A DNA stretch of 61,194 nt, filler included, from 7 parts of 7 records of this genome joined end to end with filler, not necessarily neighbours in it, one strand, 5' to 3'. Shown: positions 34,270 to 47,228, counted from the whole stretch's first letter. The notes: a model not told the origin generated them from the sequence alone. Numbers and translations: made by a program.

Positions 34270-35631
34270 TTACAGGCTGCCATAGACAAGCGCTTGCTGC
34301 AACAAGGATCGCGGCGACTTGAAGGACTCGATCATTTGCTTATAGAGGGTTATCGGATTGCCACACTCATACTGAATCTTGAACTCGTTGCAGGTGTCGA
34401 TCAAGATGCGCTGGATGGCTGGGTGGTGGCAGAAGTCGGTCTTGGGGAACAGGTGATGCACCGTGTGGAAATTGAGCCACAAGAACAATCCAGATGGCAC
34501 GAACGGCCAGTCGACACACCAGTCTGCAGACGAGTTGAGCTGAGCCTCCCCCCAATCGCGCGACTTGTTACGAGCGCTGATGTCCATGCAGTGCTCGGTG
34601 TTGTGGTTCATCAGCGCCATCGTGAAGTAGTACAGCCCGAGCGTGCCCATCCAGCTGTACATTAGCATCCCGCCCCAGCACACCCCCCACCGGAGCATGA
34701 ACAGCCCAAACTGGAGGGGCAGCGCCAGCTTCCAGAGCGTGAATTTCTCCTGTCCGTTGAGCAGGAACCCGGTGTGCGCCACATAGTTACCAAACAGTCC
34801 GAATGTGAGGATGAGTGGACTCAAGTACGGTGTGACATAGCGCTGCACCCAATGCCGCGGGCGCGACGGGTCTGTTGCCAGAAAGGGGTCGGTCCCGTGG
34901 TAGTGATTATCCCACACTGTGTTGGTGTACATGTGGTGCTGCAAGTTGTGCTCCCGGAACCTGCCAGCACCAGTCAGCACGCGCTCGCTGCCAGCCCGTC
35001 ACCAGGCGTCCGATGAGAACCCTATCAGATCCAGAGACAGATACGCCCACTGCTTGTACCGCGGCTGGTGCACCCAGTTGTGCCCGAACGCGCCCACCCA
35101 CGAGGCGCACAGCCCGAGCCAGACCCCGGCCACCAGCGAGCCGCTCCACCAGGCCGCGCCCCACGCCGCGGCGTAGCACCCGAAGCAGAGCCAGAAGAGG
35201 GCCACGCAGCCCCAGGTGGGCCCGCCGTCGGGCCGCTTAACCCGCTTCAGGTGTTGGAACACCCGCCGGCGCAGCACTGAGTAGAACGAGTCGTCGGGCA
35301 GCAGGGCGGACGGCACAGAGTGCTCGCCGTGGCCACCGGCCGGCCGGCGGGCTGCGAGCGGGGGCGGGTCGGTCTTGTACTTGCTGAGCACGGCGCGGGC
35401 GCGGGTGTAGTTGGGGTGGTGCGCCTCGAAGACGAAGGTGCAGTCCTCGAACCGGTCGCGGGCCAGCTTGAGCGCATCGGCCCCGCCGGGGTGACGCTCC
35501 AGGAAAGGCTCAAGGTCGTACCACTCGCCGGCAATCCGCCAGAGCTGGCGGGACGGCGGGCGGAACTCGACCCCGCTGCTCCACACCGGGGCCGCTTCAC
35601 CCGCTTCGGGCGGAGGTAGAGGTGCGCCCAT
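34270..35631 (-). CDS. Cytochrome b5-fused fatty acid desaturase-like protein; intron 34961-35002
   Basis: HPGG cytochrome b5 motif; His boxes HNWVH, HNLQHH and HTVHHLFP; TM segments. Confidence 0.88.
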
Positions 35632-35689
35632 TCCACCACGCGCGCTGCCCAATCAAGATTCCGAGTCCTGCACGAATTGCCGTTGTGAG

Positions 35690-36346
35690 ATGGCGGCTGT
35701 GTCTGTCGGCCAGACCAATCCGCTCGGCTCGCCGCGCGAGTTCGCCGGCGGGCCCCGGGAGCCGGCGCGGACGCGGCTGGCCAACGTGTACGAGGCGGGC
35801 AAGCCGATGGCCCCGGCCGAGACTGCTGCCGTGGACCTCGGCCCGCCCCGGCCGCTGCTCAATACGCTGGGCCCTACCACCAGCCCCCAGACTGTAGCCC
35901 GGCTGTGGGACCCGCTGCACGAGCCGGGCCCGGGGGACGAGAGCGCCGACTACTTTGCGCATGCGGTCCCGATGGGCCAGGCCGAGCACGGGATGCGGGC
36001 CGCTGGGTTCAACAGGATAAAGTGGCTGCAGCGGCAGGGGCAGCCGCGACTGAGCCGGCGGTGCAGGAAGCGGAGCAACAAGGCGGAGGTGGAGTTCTAC
36101 AAGCAGCTGGTGCTGACCAACCCGGAGCTCGCCCCGGGCTTCTGCGGGGAGCACCTGAGCGACGGCAACCAGTGGCAGCACTACGTGCTGCTCGAGGACC
36201 TCACCGCAGGGTTCGGCAAGCCGCAAGTGCTCGACGTGCAAATCGGGCCGGAGCACGTGGGGAGCGAGGGGCCCGGCTCGTCGGCCACTGTGGGGCTCCG
36301 ACTCAACGGGATGCAGGTGGCTGCTCAGCGCGGGGGGGGGGGGGGG
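35690..36346 (+). CDS. Inositol polyphosphate kinase (IPK)-like protein, 3' truncated
   Basis: E..FY, P.F.G, YVLLEDLTAGFGKPQVLDVQIG, SSATVGLRLNGMQ match the IPK superfamily layout. Confidence 0.8.
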
Positions 36347-36781
36347 NNNNNNNNNNNNNNNNNNNNNNNNNNNNNNNNNNNNNNNNNNNNTTAATTAATT
36401 AANNNNNNNNNNNNNNNNNNNNNNNNNNNNNNNNNNNNNNNNNNNNGAGCGACGGTTCGACCGCCGGCACGAACAGGGTGAGCGATATGATGAAAGAATT
36501 GAAGAACCGGTATATGAACAGCCCAGCCGGCGGTTGATGCAGCGCTCGGAAGCGGCAGTGGCTCGCCAGGATAAACAGCAGGAAAAGCCAGAACACCGGC
36601 AATCCAGCCAGGAAAAAGCTCCGGCGCGCCTCGTCCATCTGGCCGGAATGTACTGTACGGGCTGATTGCCGTTGGACAACGGCCTCGGCTGCCAGGCGCA
36701 CAACTACCGCTGCTCGGTGTCGGGTCGACCTGTGCAAAAGCGCCGGTTGTGTCGGCGGATCCCGTTCGCTGAGGAGCCAAC

Positions 36782-39700
36782 ATGTGGCGGTCCGCGGTCA
36801 AGGGCGTGACGGTTATCGCCAAAGCCGCCTTCGGGGCCGAGCGGTCCCGCGGCCAGCTGGCGGCCCCTGAGCTCGCTGGGCAGCATGATCCGGGCCGCGC
36901 TGGAGCCCATCCTGCAAAAATACCTCCAGGGTTGCTCAGCCGCCCGGCCGATGGCCGAGCCGGCCGTTAGGCTTCTCCCCGGATAACCTCGTGGTGGACG
37001 ACCATGTGGTCACCCTCCGGAACTTCCAACTAGACGTCCCCCACCCCCTGGCCCGGCCCGAGCCGGGCGGCAGGAGAAGTTGCTATTCCGGCTGCTCCGG
37101 CTGCCGCTTCGGATCTCTCACTCCAACTGCGGCCAGCTCACCCTCAAGGTGCAGGCCAGTGGCCCGGTGAGCTCAGCTGTGCGGCAGATTGGCGGCCAGA
37201 ACCTGCAGGCTGCCTGGACCTCGGAGGCCACCGGGCTGACGGCAGCTGGCCGGTTAGCCGGGGGCGAGCGCGAGGCAGGTTCACGACATCACAGTGAAGG
37301 TGAGCTGCATTGACGAGGCGACCTGCCAGAGATGGTGCGCCGAGGAGGACCAAATCATGCAAGCCTCCCCGCCGGCCTCGCCCCCACCGCCGGCGCCGGA
37401 CAGCACGGACGCGGAGGATGCCGGTGCGCAGCTGCCTGGTTGGGGCACCAGCCTGTGGCCAGGGTTGTTTCACATCGCGGGTAACTTGAAGCAAGCATGC
37501 TTCGGATCGGCCGCCTCGATCGGCAAGCAATGGATTGCAATAGTGCTGCGCAACCTGGAGATCATGATCGATAACATCAACATACAGTCCGCCGCCCGCC
37601 CGCGTCGTTCAGTGCCACTGCAGGTGGGAACTGCCTGTGAGTTTGCCAGACCATGCGAACACCCAGCCGCTAGTAGCGCAAGTAATGCTCAAAGCGCTGC
37701 GCTGTCGGACCACCGACGAGCATAACAACCCTGTATTTGACTCCGGCACCACCGGCAAAGACCGGCTGGTGTATAAAGGCACCGAGGTATCCTTCACAGC
37801 CGCAAAGACGGGGCTGAGCACTCGGTCAGATCGAGGGATTATTACTCTACCTGGGCAGTCAGCCCCGGGAGAGCTCCCCGGGCAACTGCGGGCTGGTGGA
37901 GGTGTCGGCGAGCCAGCTGTGGGGCGTGGGCAAGCTGTTTGAGTGTATGGTTGACCTTAGAGACATTTATATCCCGAAACGGAGCCCGCGCCAGGCTGCT
38001 AGTCCGACCAGCCCTGAGACATCCGAGGCCGAGAAAGAAATGGAAAACCACCTTATGGATGGGCTGCCTCCGCTCAAGCTCGAGACACAGGCGCCGCGTG
38101 CGAGGGCCGGGGCCGAGCCGGGGCACAGGTGGAGTTTGTGAGGTGTCGACTGCTGAACGATGACCATCACGAGCTCGCTGTAGTGTCGATGGAGCAGATG
38201 CAGGCACGACAGGGCGCACGGATTGGGCGAGCCGGGCGCAGGTGCGGCTAGTGTCGGATCGGTTTGCCAAGTTTGAGTCGATCTTCACGTTGGATCAGCT
38301 TTATCTCAAGCAGGGACCTGCGCTGGTGCCGCCCGCTATCGGGCGCTGCAGAGCCACGGCAGGCCGACCCTGGCGGGATCTGGGTGGACACGCGCAACTG
38401 TATGATGACGCTGAGCAACCTGCCCGCCCAGTTTGCTACCGATGGCGTGGCGACTAAAGAGTTTAATTTCACTTTCCACACGCTGCACATCTTGTGGTTC
38501 CCTCTCACTGTTAGAGAACTGGTGCGGGGCTTGCAGCTGCGGCCGGCTCACCAGAGCGTAGGTCCGGATCGTCAATGTTGCCAAGGGCGTGGCAGACTGT
38601 GGTTATAAACCTCTAAACAAGGCCAAATCCAGGCTGACTGAGCAGCTCCGGCGGTCGATGGTCCGCGAGTCGAGTGCAGACATGCTCCCGGCGAGCCCAG
38701 AGCTGGTGGGCAGTGCGGCTGAGCTGCCAGACCTGCCTGTGCTCGAGGTGGGAAGCTGGTTGCCCGCTGTGACGGTGTCGACAGGTCAAGTATGAAGTTA
38801 CGCGTGCAATCTTCAAGTTCCGACTGATCAAGTCCGTTCAAATCACGCTGCACCAGGCAACTGTCCACTGATCGCCCGCTGACGGCTATCACAGGAGACG
38901 CTTGTCGACAGAGAGCTGGTCTCTGGCAAGCTTACAGTGACTCGACACGAGCTTGGGGCGGCGACTGTGACTGCCATGAACATCTGCGCGCTGATTACTC
39001 TGGGGAGATGCGATGTGATGGAGGCGCTGGGCGCGAGGGAGCAATGCACTGAGTTGGTCGAGACTGCTGTGGCGATGGAGTCGCAGCGAAAGCAGTACTG
39101 CGCCGAGAAGAGTACTCTGAGTGGGAAGCGGGGGCTGCTCACGGCGGAGTACGGGATGCTTGGCATGGGCACGTCGACAGTATATTACGTCAATTTGATG
39201 GGCTCGCTGGGCAACATGCAGGTCGAGTATCTCGGCCGGGGTGAGGTGCTGCAACTGATCGGGGTCCATGGCACCCCTGCTGAGTTTGAGGAATGGTCCG
39301 AGGATGGGCACTATGGTGCTAGCCACTTCCGGGCATTTGTGCACTCGATCGACATTGTCTATCTGCACTGGCCATTCTTCGAGCTGCTCCGGTGCAGATA
39401 GGACCAGCTGGCAGGGGTCACTGGCGGGATAGGTATGCAAACACGCAAGGCTTCTCGGACATTCTGGCTGAGAAGGAAAGCTCCAAGACGATGGAGCATG
39501 CGGGGACCACAAGCATGCTCAAGGGCGTGCTCGCTTCAGGTTATGCCTACGCTGCTTCGGCCGCTCAGAGCATCATTCACACCGCCACTGCCGATGCCGA
39601 GGGACTCCAGGTGCCTGGCACCATCCAGGCTGGGCTAGATGTGGCTGGCAGGCTGCACGGGCTCGTCGGATCGCCAAGAGGGACTTTAGTGTGCTAGTGC

Positions 39701-42700
39701 GGATCCACACTCCCGTTGTCACAGTCCCTGGCGAGTTTGCTGGCGCAGAGGCCAACCAATCGTCACCAGACAACTCGCCGCCTAGCCCAGCCGCTGGCTC
39801 GGGGCGTGGCGGGGTTAAATACGAGAGCCATGAGCGCTATGAAGTGTGTCCTGGCACAATCTCGGTGGACTTCGACTCGGGCAAGGCCATGCTGATCCGG
39901 CTAACCGATACTTCGATCCTGGCCTACCTGAGGGTTGTTGTGGAGGGCGCACCTAACGACAGGGTCTCTGTGGCGGTGCCAGAATTCATCACTTCGAGGT
40001 CTTCTCTTGTGTGCAACGACATCCTGCCAAGGTGCTCGCTGATGCTTGAGGTGGATCAAGGTCAGAACGAGACGGTCATCAATTTTGACCAGGTCTGCTG
40101 CTGCTGGCGCCGGTCTGATCACAAATTGACAGGAGGATAACAACTTCCAGGCGATTGTCACAAGATCGCGGGGCGGGCTCCTCCGTCGTGTGTTGCGGCA
40201 CCAGTTGCAGGTGCAGGCCCGCTCTAGGTCTGCTCGAGCGGTTGGCGTAAGGTGTGCTTGGGAGACATCGAGGTGGACCAGCAGCTGCTGGACAGCCCGA
40301 ACCGCGAGAGCAATCCCTCAGGCAAGCGTGATCCAGGGATGGCAAGGCAAACCCCTCCAAGCAAGCAAGACCAGCGCACGCCTCCGGGCAAGTCGCCAGC
40401 AGGAGCGGAGACAGCACGAACCATGCAGGCCTTGTTCATTGTGGCCCGCAGTGAGGCCAATATAACTGAATGGAACGTGGAAGTCGGCTCAGAGGTGCCA
40501 ACAGCCAGGCTGCCTGGGCAGCTCTGAAGTGGGAGGGCAGGTTCGGCTTATTAAGGAGGGCTATGTGCTCGAAAACATGCCAAACATCGCAATCAACGGC
40601 AAGAGATGGTGTGCATTTTCATATCTGCTTCAGGATGTGACTGTGGTGGGGCGTAGGTGCGAAGATGGCGCCCTTGAGATCTCGCTCTGTGTGCCAGTAG
40701 CTGCACTGCGCACAGCGATTCAGGCTAAGGGACGTACAAAATGGGGCATGTCTTTTGTTAGCCTGCCCTCACTAGCGCTGTCGAAGGAAAGGGATTCCCA
40801 GCTGCGGGAATCCTTTGCCAACCTGCCCATGTCGCCGCCACACTCAGGTGCATCAATGGCCGATCGGTCTTTCAATAACCTTACGTCACCTACATCTCCC
40901 AGTCCCCAACCAGCCCCTGATTCCGGGCATAAGCCAGCGCGTAAGTTTATAATCAAAGTGAAGAAGCCGCTGGTGTGCATTCTGCGGAGCCATGGCGAGC
41001 TGGACGCGGCCCAGTTCTCAGCAGATAGCTTGGATCGCGAGGAGCTAAATCAGTGGGACTTGAGTGTGGAGAACGACTTCTGCAAAATGACTGTGACGAA
41101 CCTGGAGATCGAGTACTGCGGGGGCACTGGCGAGGCGATCATGGACGGGGTGGTCCTGGAAGACATGCGTCCAGCCTCTCAGCGCCCGATGATCCCCGTG
41201 CCCCAGGATGTGAATAAACTGACTGAGGACACAATCCAGGCCATGCTGGTAAGCCCCCTGCCTGCCTGCCTAGTAGTCATCCTACACAGAGCAAAATAAT
41301 TGACCACAGACAACTTTAGCTAGCATTGATGCTTCGCACAGCAAATTAACTAGTTGCCACAAAACTCGTGGCACGAGCTAATTTGTGTGTAAATCGTCAG
41401 TGTGAGCTTAAAGACACCCCCAAGCTGCTGACTACCATGACGCATGTGCACAAAGGCCGACAGCTCAGCAACCGAGACAAGCTCAAGGTTGTGTTTAAGT
41501 CTAAGACAAACTCTGCGGATGACCCGTCAGTGCTTGTGCTGATTCCTGGGCTCAAGCTCGACTGGGATCATCACACTGTGGCAGCAATCCGTCACTTTCT
41601 CGAGGGATATCAAAAGGCGGTGCAAGAGGCTGCCAATCACGCCAATCTTGGACGCCGACAGGGCCGGCTGGTTGCATTCCGCGTGCAGGTCAGACATTTA
41701 GTACCCATGCGACTGATGAGTTCTGTACGCAGACTGGTGCAACCATGAGCTTCACAGGAAGCGGCGAGCGTCTTGTGATGGTGAGTTGACGATGTATGAC
41801 CAGCTTAGGTGTCTGCAGGTGAAAGCTGAGCGGTTCAAAGGAATTCAAGGGGCGAGCTATCGCTCCCCGTCGTCTATACTCGATGCGATGGAGCTTAAGG
41901 TCTGGAGCGGTGGGCACCAGCTCAAGACGCAGTGCTTGTTTGGGACTCTGTCCATCTTGCGGGCGCTGCCTAACGTCAACACGAACTTCCAGCTGCCAGG
42001 GAGCGGTGGCATGGTCAAAATGCTCGACACCGCACTGTTCCAGATCGAGGTCATAGTCACACAGCAGGCAGACGCGGCTCGCAGGCAGGAATACTCAAAG
42101 CAAGTGAGGATGGTGGCTGGAAACTGGGCTGAAGACCAGGCCACTAGCATGATCTACCATCACGACCTCTGGACAGACTTCACAGATTATTGTGCCGGCT
42201 ATGGTGTGCTAGGTGCCATGTTCCCAACACACGCTCGCCGTGCACACATGGCATGCAGCATGATCCGAAGGGGTGTCGAGGATTGGTGGGCACCACTTCG
42301 CAACTGCACCTGTGCCGAATTGTGGTACGTGGTCTGTGCAGCCCAGGAGCTGCGCAACAGGCGGCTCAGAGCCGAATTCCCACTCAAGTCGTGGGGAGAC
42401 ATGACCAGGCTCTACACCTCAGAGAATGTAGCGAACGCTGCAAATGAGGAGGTGGTACGGTTCCCTGAGTTGCAACAGCTGCGTGAGTACGAGCGCGAGC
42501 GGCGGCTCGAAGAGATCAACAACTCGTGGCACAAGCTGTGGCTCGTGAGCAAGTCACCCGACTGCAACCGGCGGAGCATGATTGCTGAGCTGGAACACTC
42601 CGGGCTGTGTGGTGTCCAGGTGCGTATCAGTTGGTTGGCGATGTGAGTGTGCGCAATGGCAGGTGGGCACTATGCTGCGACAGGCGGATAACCTGAGTGA

Positions 42701-45587
42701 AGTCAATCAAATGCTTGAGGCTGCAAACGTGTGCAGCAGGGAGCAGGGGGACCGCTTTACATCTCTGGAGATGCAACTCGCTCAACAGGTGCGCTGCGTA
42801 AGGATAGAGCTGATAGTTGGGCAGGTGCTGGTCGATTATACACGGGCATGCGGTACGACAATCGACGTGGCTTTCAAGGGGCCCACTGTGATGACATTGC
42901 CTACCTCTCGATCCCCGCAGAGGCCTCACCGTATTGAGATCAAGTTCATGGAAGGGCTGACTGTCCATGTGGACCGCGCCGTCTGCACTCGACCCAACGG
43001 CAAAGCCAGCGACACGTTCGATAAAATGGACGTCACAATGCTGCTTGGGGTAGCACGACACGCTACTAAAGATCTGGCCGTTTAGCGGTGTTTAATATGC
43101 GTGGCGACAGGTAGACCCTGAGATTGACTCCAAGTTTGGCCTAGAGATGCACGATCAAGTATCTTACAAGCCACCAGATAGCCTTCGCATGCCCCAGCTG
43201 GAAGTGGGGAGGCTTGGCAAGCCTTATGATTCGAAATGCTGGTACACTTTCTTGACACTCACCTGCAGCCAGGTGGCGGCGCGCCTTGCCGTGTCAGACT
43301 GAATGCCCGGTGCAGAGCTATAATGATGTTGTGTTTCGTTACTGGCAAGAGTCCACAAAAAACCATCTGCACATGTCTGTCAACGGCTACGTGCAGCTGG
43401 AAACCTGTCTGTCCAGCGGGGCTCGAGTAGAATTCGGGCGGATTTACGCCAACTTTGCTAAGGCCAACAACTGGCGGTGGTACCCCTGGAGTCACCAGTC
43501 ATCCGAACCAAATGAGCGAGATCAGCTACAGACCCGGCAAAGCATGGTGCTTGACCGGTCGCTGGATGTTCGATTCCAATCGCTGGAGGTGATCGAGGAC
43601 GACTCAGATAATTACAACGCAGTGTACGATGCTCGTGGGCAGCAATGCGACTCGGTGCTTGGTGCTGGTGGGGAAGTCAAGGATGTTGGCAACCCGAACT
43701 ATTACTTTGCCTCTGGGATGACGCGATTGCAGTGCGTGCTGGCCATGCTCTGCCCAAACGAGTGAATCGTGGGCTTGGCAGGCTAAACGTGACCAATATC
43801 TGGCCTACCCTGGGCCTTTTCAACCGGACATGTTCAGTGGCGCCATTCGATAGCTGCGGCTGGCTTCCTGAGGGCCATGATTCCGACTCATTGCGAACTT
43901 TCTGGCTGCTCGTATGGTACTTGCTCTCAGTCGACATGCTTGCTGGTGAGTACACAGCAGCTGGCTGGTGCTCATCCGGTGGCCTGGGGCAGTATGGTTA
44001 GCTGCAGGAGTTTACATCGCCTCCTTACTGGTCTGCCCTGAGAACGTATCCTGTTCAGGTCAAGTCAGGCCTAACCTGGTTCACTAGGTGAACGAGAGTC
44101 GCTGTCAGACCTTCGTGCCAACTCTGCAGGTGGCATGCCAGCACAGAGTATGGCTTGGCTGAGGACTTCGGGGCAGGGCATCGTGCATGCGCTGCTGTTG
44201 GTGATCTTCACACCCGTTCTAGGGCACTCTGTACACTCACGATGGTAATACGCTGCCCTTAACGATTAAGGTCTAATCAGTGTGCTATCAAGTATATGTA
44301 TTCCGTGGCTCGTGGCAGCAGCTGACGTGATTCTCAGGTCGCGGGCATATTCCGCTGTATCAGCCTGGTGTTGCTACTTGATGATCGTGATGACCCTAGA
44401 TGACGCATGGGCCACTCACTACAATGTCTCGATCCAAACCTCCGTCATTGCGGTTCTGCTAATCAATGTTTGGTGCACAATGGTTGTGCCCATCACTACT
44501 TGCTCAAGCTGGTCTCAAAGCTTCCAATTCTCCAGACTCGTCCGGATTGGTGTCAATACCAATCATGTCGAGAAGGTGCCCGTCAGAACTGACTGTAGAG
44601 CAACCAAAATGCAGTCACCTCGATAACAAATTTTACATTTCTGTGAGATTTGTCATCCAGGTTACTTCAATCTGGGCTATACTGATTGGGTTTCTTGGTG
44701 TTTTCCTCTTTACTGTCGGTATCACTGACGACCTTACCCTATGAGTACTCACCATGCCAACAGGGGCTGTGTACTACGACGAGGAGCGCAAGCTTAGTCT
44801 AGTCCAGAATGAAGATTACAGCGATAAGCACGATGTCTCCATCAAGTCTGTGTGCCAGCTCCTGTTGCTAGCCGGATCGACCAAGATCCTGATTTTGTTG
44901 GTGATTCGTTACCGGAACCAGTGCTGCCCTAAGAATCGGTTCCTCAAAGATGTGAATGAGGATGAGGCTCAAGCTGAGCTGCGGCGCTTGAAAGAGGAAG
45001 ACGACGAGGAGGTTGAAGCGGACGAGTTCGAGGAGTGACCAAGCCTGACAGGAGAGCCACTGACTGGTGGCTGCAGGCTGGACCAGGAGACCAAGGACAG
45101 TCTAGAAGTTTCTGACATGGTCAAGTTCAGGCTGGCACTGGGGGGGCTAGTGGTTGTTGACTTTTCAATCTGGATTGCAACTGGGATCACGCTGGGCAGC
45201 TTCGCCCCGGGCCCTGCAGCCGACTATGAGGTGCCCTCAAAGCGCACCGAGTCAGCTTACGGCTGAGGCGCTTGCAGGTATCATACCAGGTGCTTCGCAA
45301 CAGCGTAATTTTTGGCTGGGTGTCGGCCATTTGGGCACTTATCTTTTTATGCACCCTGTGGTAAGCCCTGACGCTGCGCTGTGGCTGTTTGATCGCTGCT
45401 GTCCTCAAGGTTTTACGAGAAGCGTGTGACCGCGCATCTTTTCGAGTTTGGAGCTGGTCTTAAGCAGTGGATGCAAGCCAAGCTGATCCGAAAATATTCC
45501 GCATATCCGCATGCGATGCACAGCACTGCAACGACGGGCACGACCCCTCTACTAGACGACGATGCGGTCTCATACGTGCCTATTTAA
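36782..45587 (+). CDS. Giant chorein-N (VPS13/ATG2/BLTP-like) protein with C-terminal multipass membrane domain, about 30+ introns
   Basis: Spliced N-terminus ILQKYLQGFSPDNL..VTLRNFQLDEKLL..LPLRI..CGQLTLKI; IAIVLRNLEIMIDNINI; LRCRTTDEHNNPVF..LVYKGTEIEGLLLYL; RBG-like VRIHTPVVTVP and LKLDWDHHTVAAIRHFL. About 8 hydrophobic helices after 43890; stop TAA 45585-45587. Confidence 0.72.
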
Positions 45588-45884
45588 TTCACCCATCACA
45601 TGGAATGACAATCAATTATCTGTCATACATGATTGTACAGTACGAGTAGTGAACCTCTAATTTAATAATTAATATCAGTTACATGACGGCTATTGTATGA
45701 TAGGGTCCAAATACGAAATCAGAACTACTAGATTGGTTGTGACCAATCGACTTATTTTAGTTACAGTGTATAGGTACTGTATATAGGTAGCTCGGTAACC
45801 GCGAGAGTATCACACTCACCCAACACCGAGTCTTCCTATCCTATGACGATGATACTAGTAGGCAACCCTCATGAGACTTGACAC

Positions 45885-46935
45885 TCAATCCATGTACGCC
45901 TTCTTTTCAGCAGGCGTTGCGCTATTCTGGAACTCCGCAAACAGAGTTTGAAAATCCTTGTATTTCATTTTGGCAAGTTTGTTCCCACTGGCGTTATTCA
46001 GTTTCCATTTTTTCGAAAAGCCATCACTGGCAACGTCCTTAATTTTGAGCAAAGCGTCCTTCATCGCAGCGCCTGGTGTAGGTACTTCCAATTGGAGATC
46101 CTCCATGGCTGCTGTCACATCTTTGGATTTGTTTGCTTCCTCCTTTTCAGCAGCTTCGGCAGCTGCCAAAGACACGTCAGCCGACTGAGCGTCACACATC
46201 ACGCACCTTCAGCCTCCGCCTTCTTGGCTGCAGCCGCTGCCTCCCGACGCTTCCTGACCTCTGCGAGCCGTGCCATATCTGCTTTCGCTTCGTCCTGCAC
46301 AGCCGCAGCTCAGCAACACAGCCTCCACCAGTGCCGCCACCGTCTCCCCTGCAGCGTGCTTCTTGGCGTAGGCCTGCTGGGCCCGGCGCTTCTCCAGCTC
46401 CTCCCTGGACAGACAGTGGTAAGCATCACAATCCCGGGCTAGCAGGGCACCTCTCGCGTCGGCTGAGCTCTGGCTTGCCTGCAGCGCTTAAGTCGAGGTC
46501 TTTCGCTTTGACACTAGAGACTTTGGTCTTGTTGACATTTCCGACGCCATCGAAGTCGATCAGATCGGCTACCCCTTTGGTCTTCTGGACCTTCTCCTCG
46601 ACTTCCTCCTCCTCATCGGACTCCTCATCCGCCTCCTCGGCTTTGTCAAAGAAGTCGTCGGAATCAGAATCCGACCCACCCTTCTTGCCGCCCTTTTTGT
46701 CGTCCTCATCGTCGGAGCCTCGCCCTGTAGACGCGACGGTCAGCCGCGCCCTCAGCCTCAGGGGCACGCACTGGCTTTCCGCTCCTGCTTTTTCTTATCC
46801 TCGAGGGCCTCTCGTTTGGCAATCTCCTCGGCGTTCTGAGCCTGGGGCAGACGCGAGTTCTTTCGCCGCCCCTTTCCCGACGGCATCCCGCCGCGCAGTC
46901 GTAGCACCAGGTGCAGGGTGGACTCCTTCTGGATG
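45885..46935 (-). CDS. PDAP1: Ubiquitin-PDAP1 (PP28/HASPP28) fusion, 5' truncated at linker
   Basis: Reverse strand reads IQKESTLHLVLRLRGG-MPSGKGRRK..NAEEI..; later KGVADLI, ELSRRER|EELEKRRAQQAY.K.HAAGET, AKADMARLAEVRKRREAAA, the PP28 domain pattern. Confidence 0.85.
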
Positions 46936-47228
46936 NNNNNNNNNNNNNNNNNNNNNNNNNNNNNNNNNNNNNNNNNNNNTTAATTAATTAANNNNNNNNN
47001 NNNNNNNNNNNNNNNNNNNNNNNNNNNNNNNNNNNCAAGACGCGCTCAGCGCAAGACACACGGGATATCACCGAAATTCTCTTTATATAAAACTAGATGG
47101 CCCGGTCTCGCCGGCGACACTCTTCCTTAGACTCTCCCTATATATTCAAAGAACTATCAGACTGGAGAGTAGGGTACAAGCAGAAACGCAGATTCGGCTG
47201 GCGGTTGGCTTTTTTCACATCATCTACG

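Noticed and set aside
36332-36346. Poly-G run as a G-quadruplex or poly-Gly
   Set aside because: At a contig end just after a probable donor site; likely an intronic homopolymer or sequencing artefact.
30948-36346. CBS, DGAT2, desaturase and IPK as a metabolic gene cluster
   Set aside because: No shared pathway evident; adjacency of two lipid genes in a compact genome can be chance.
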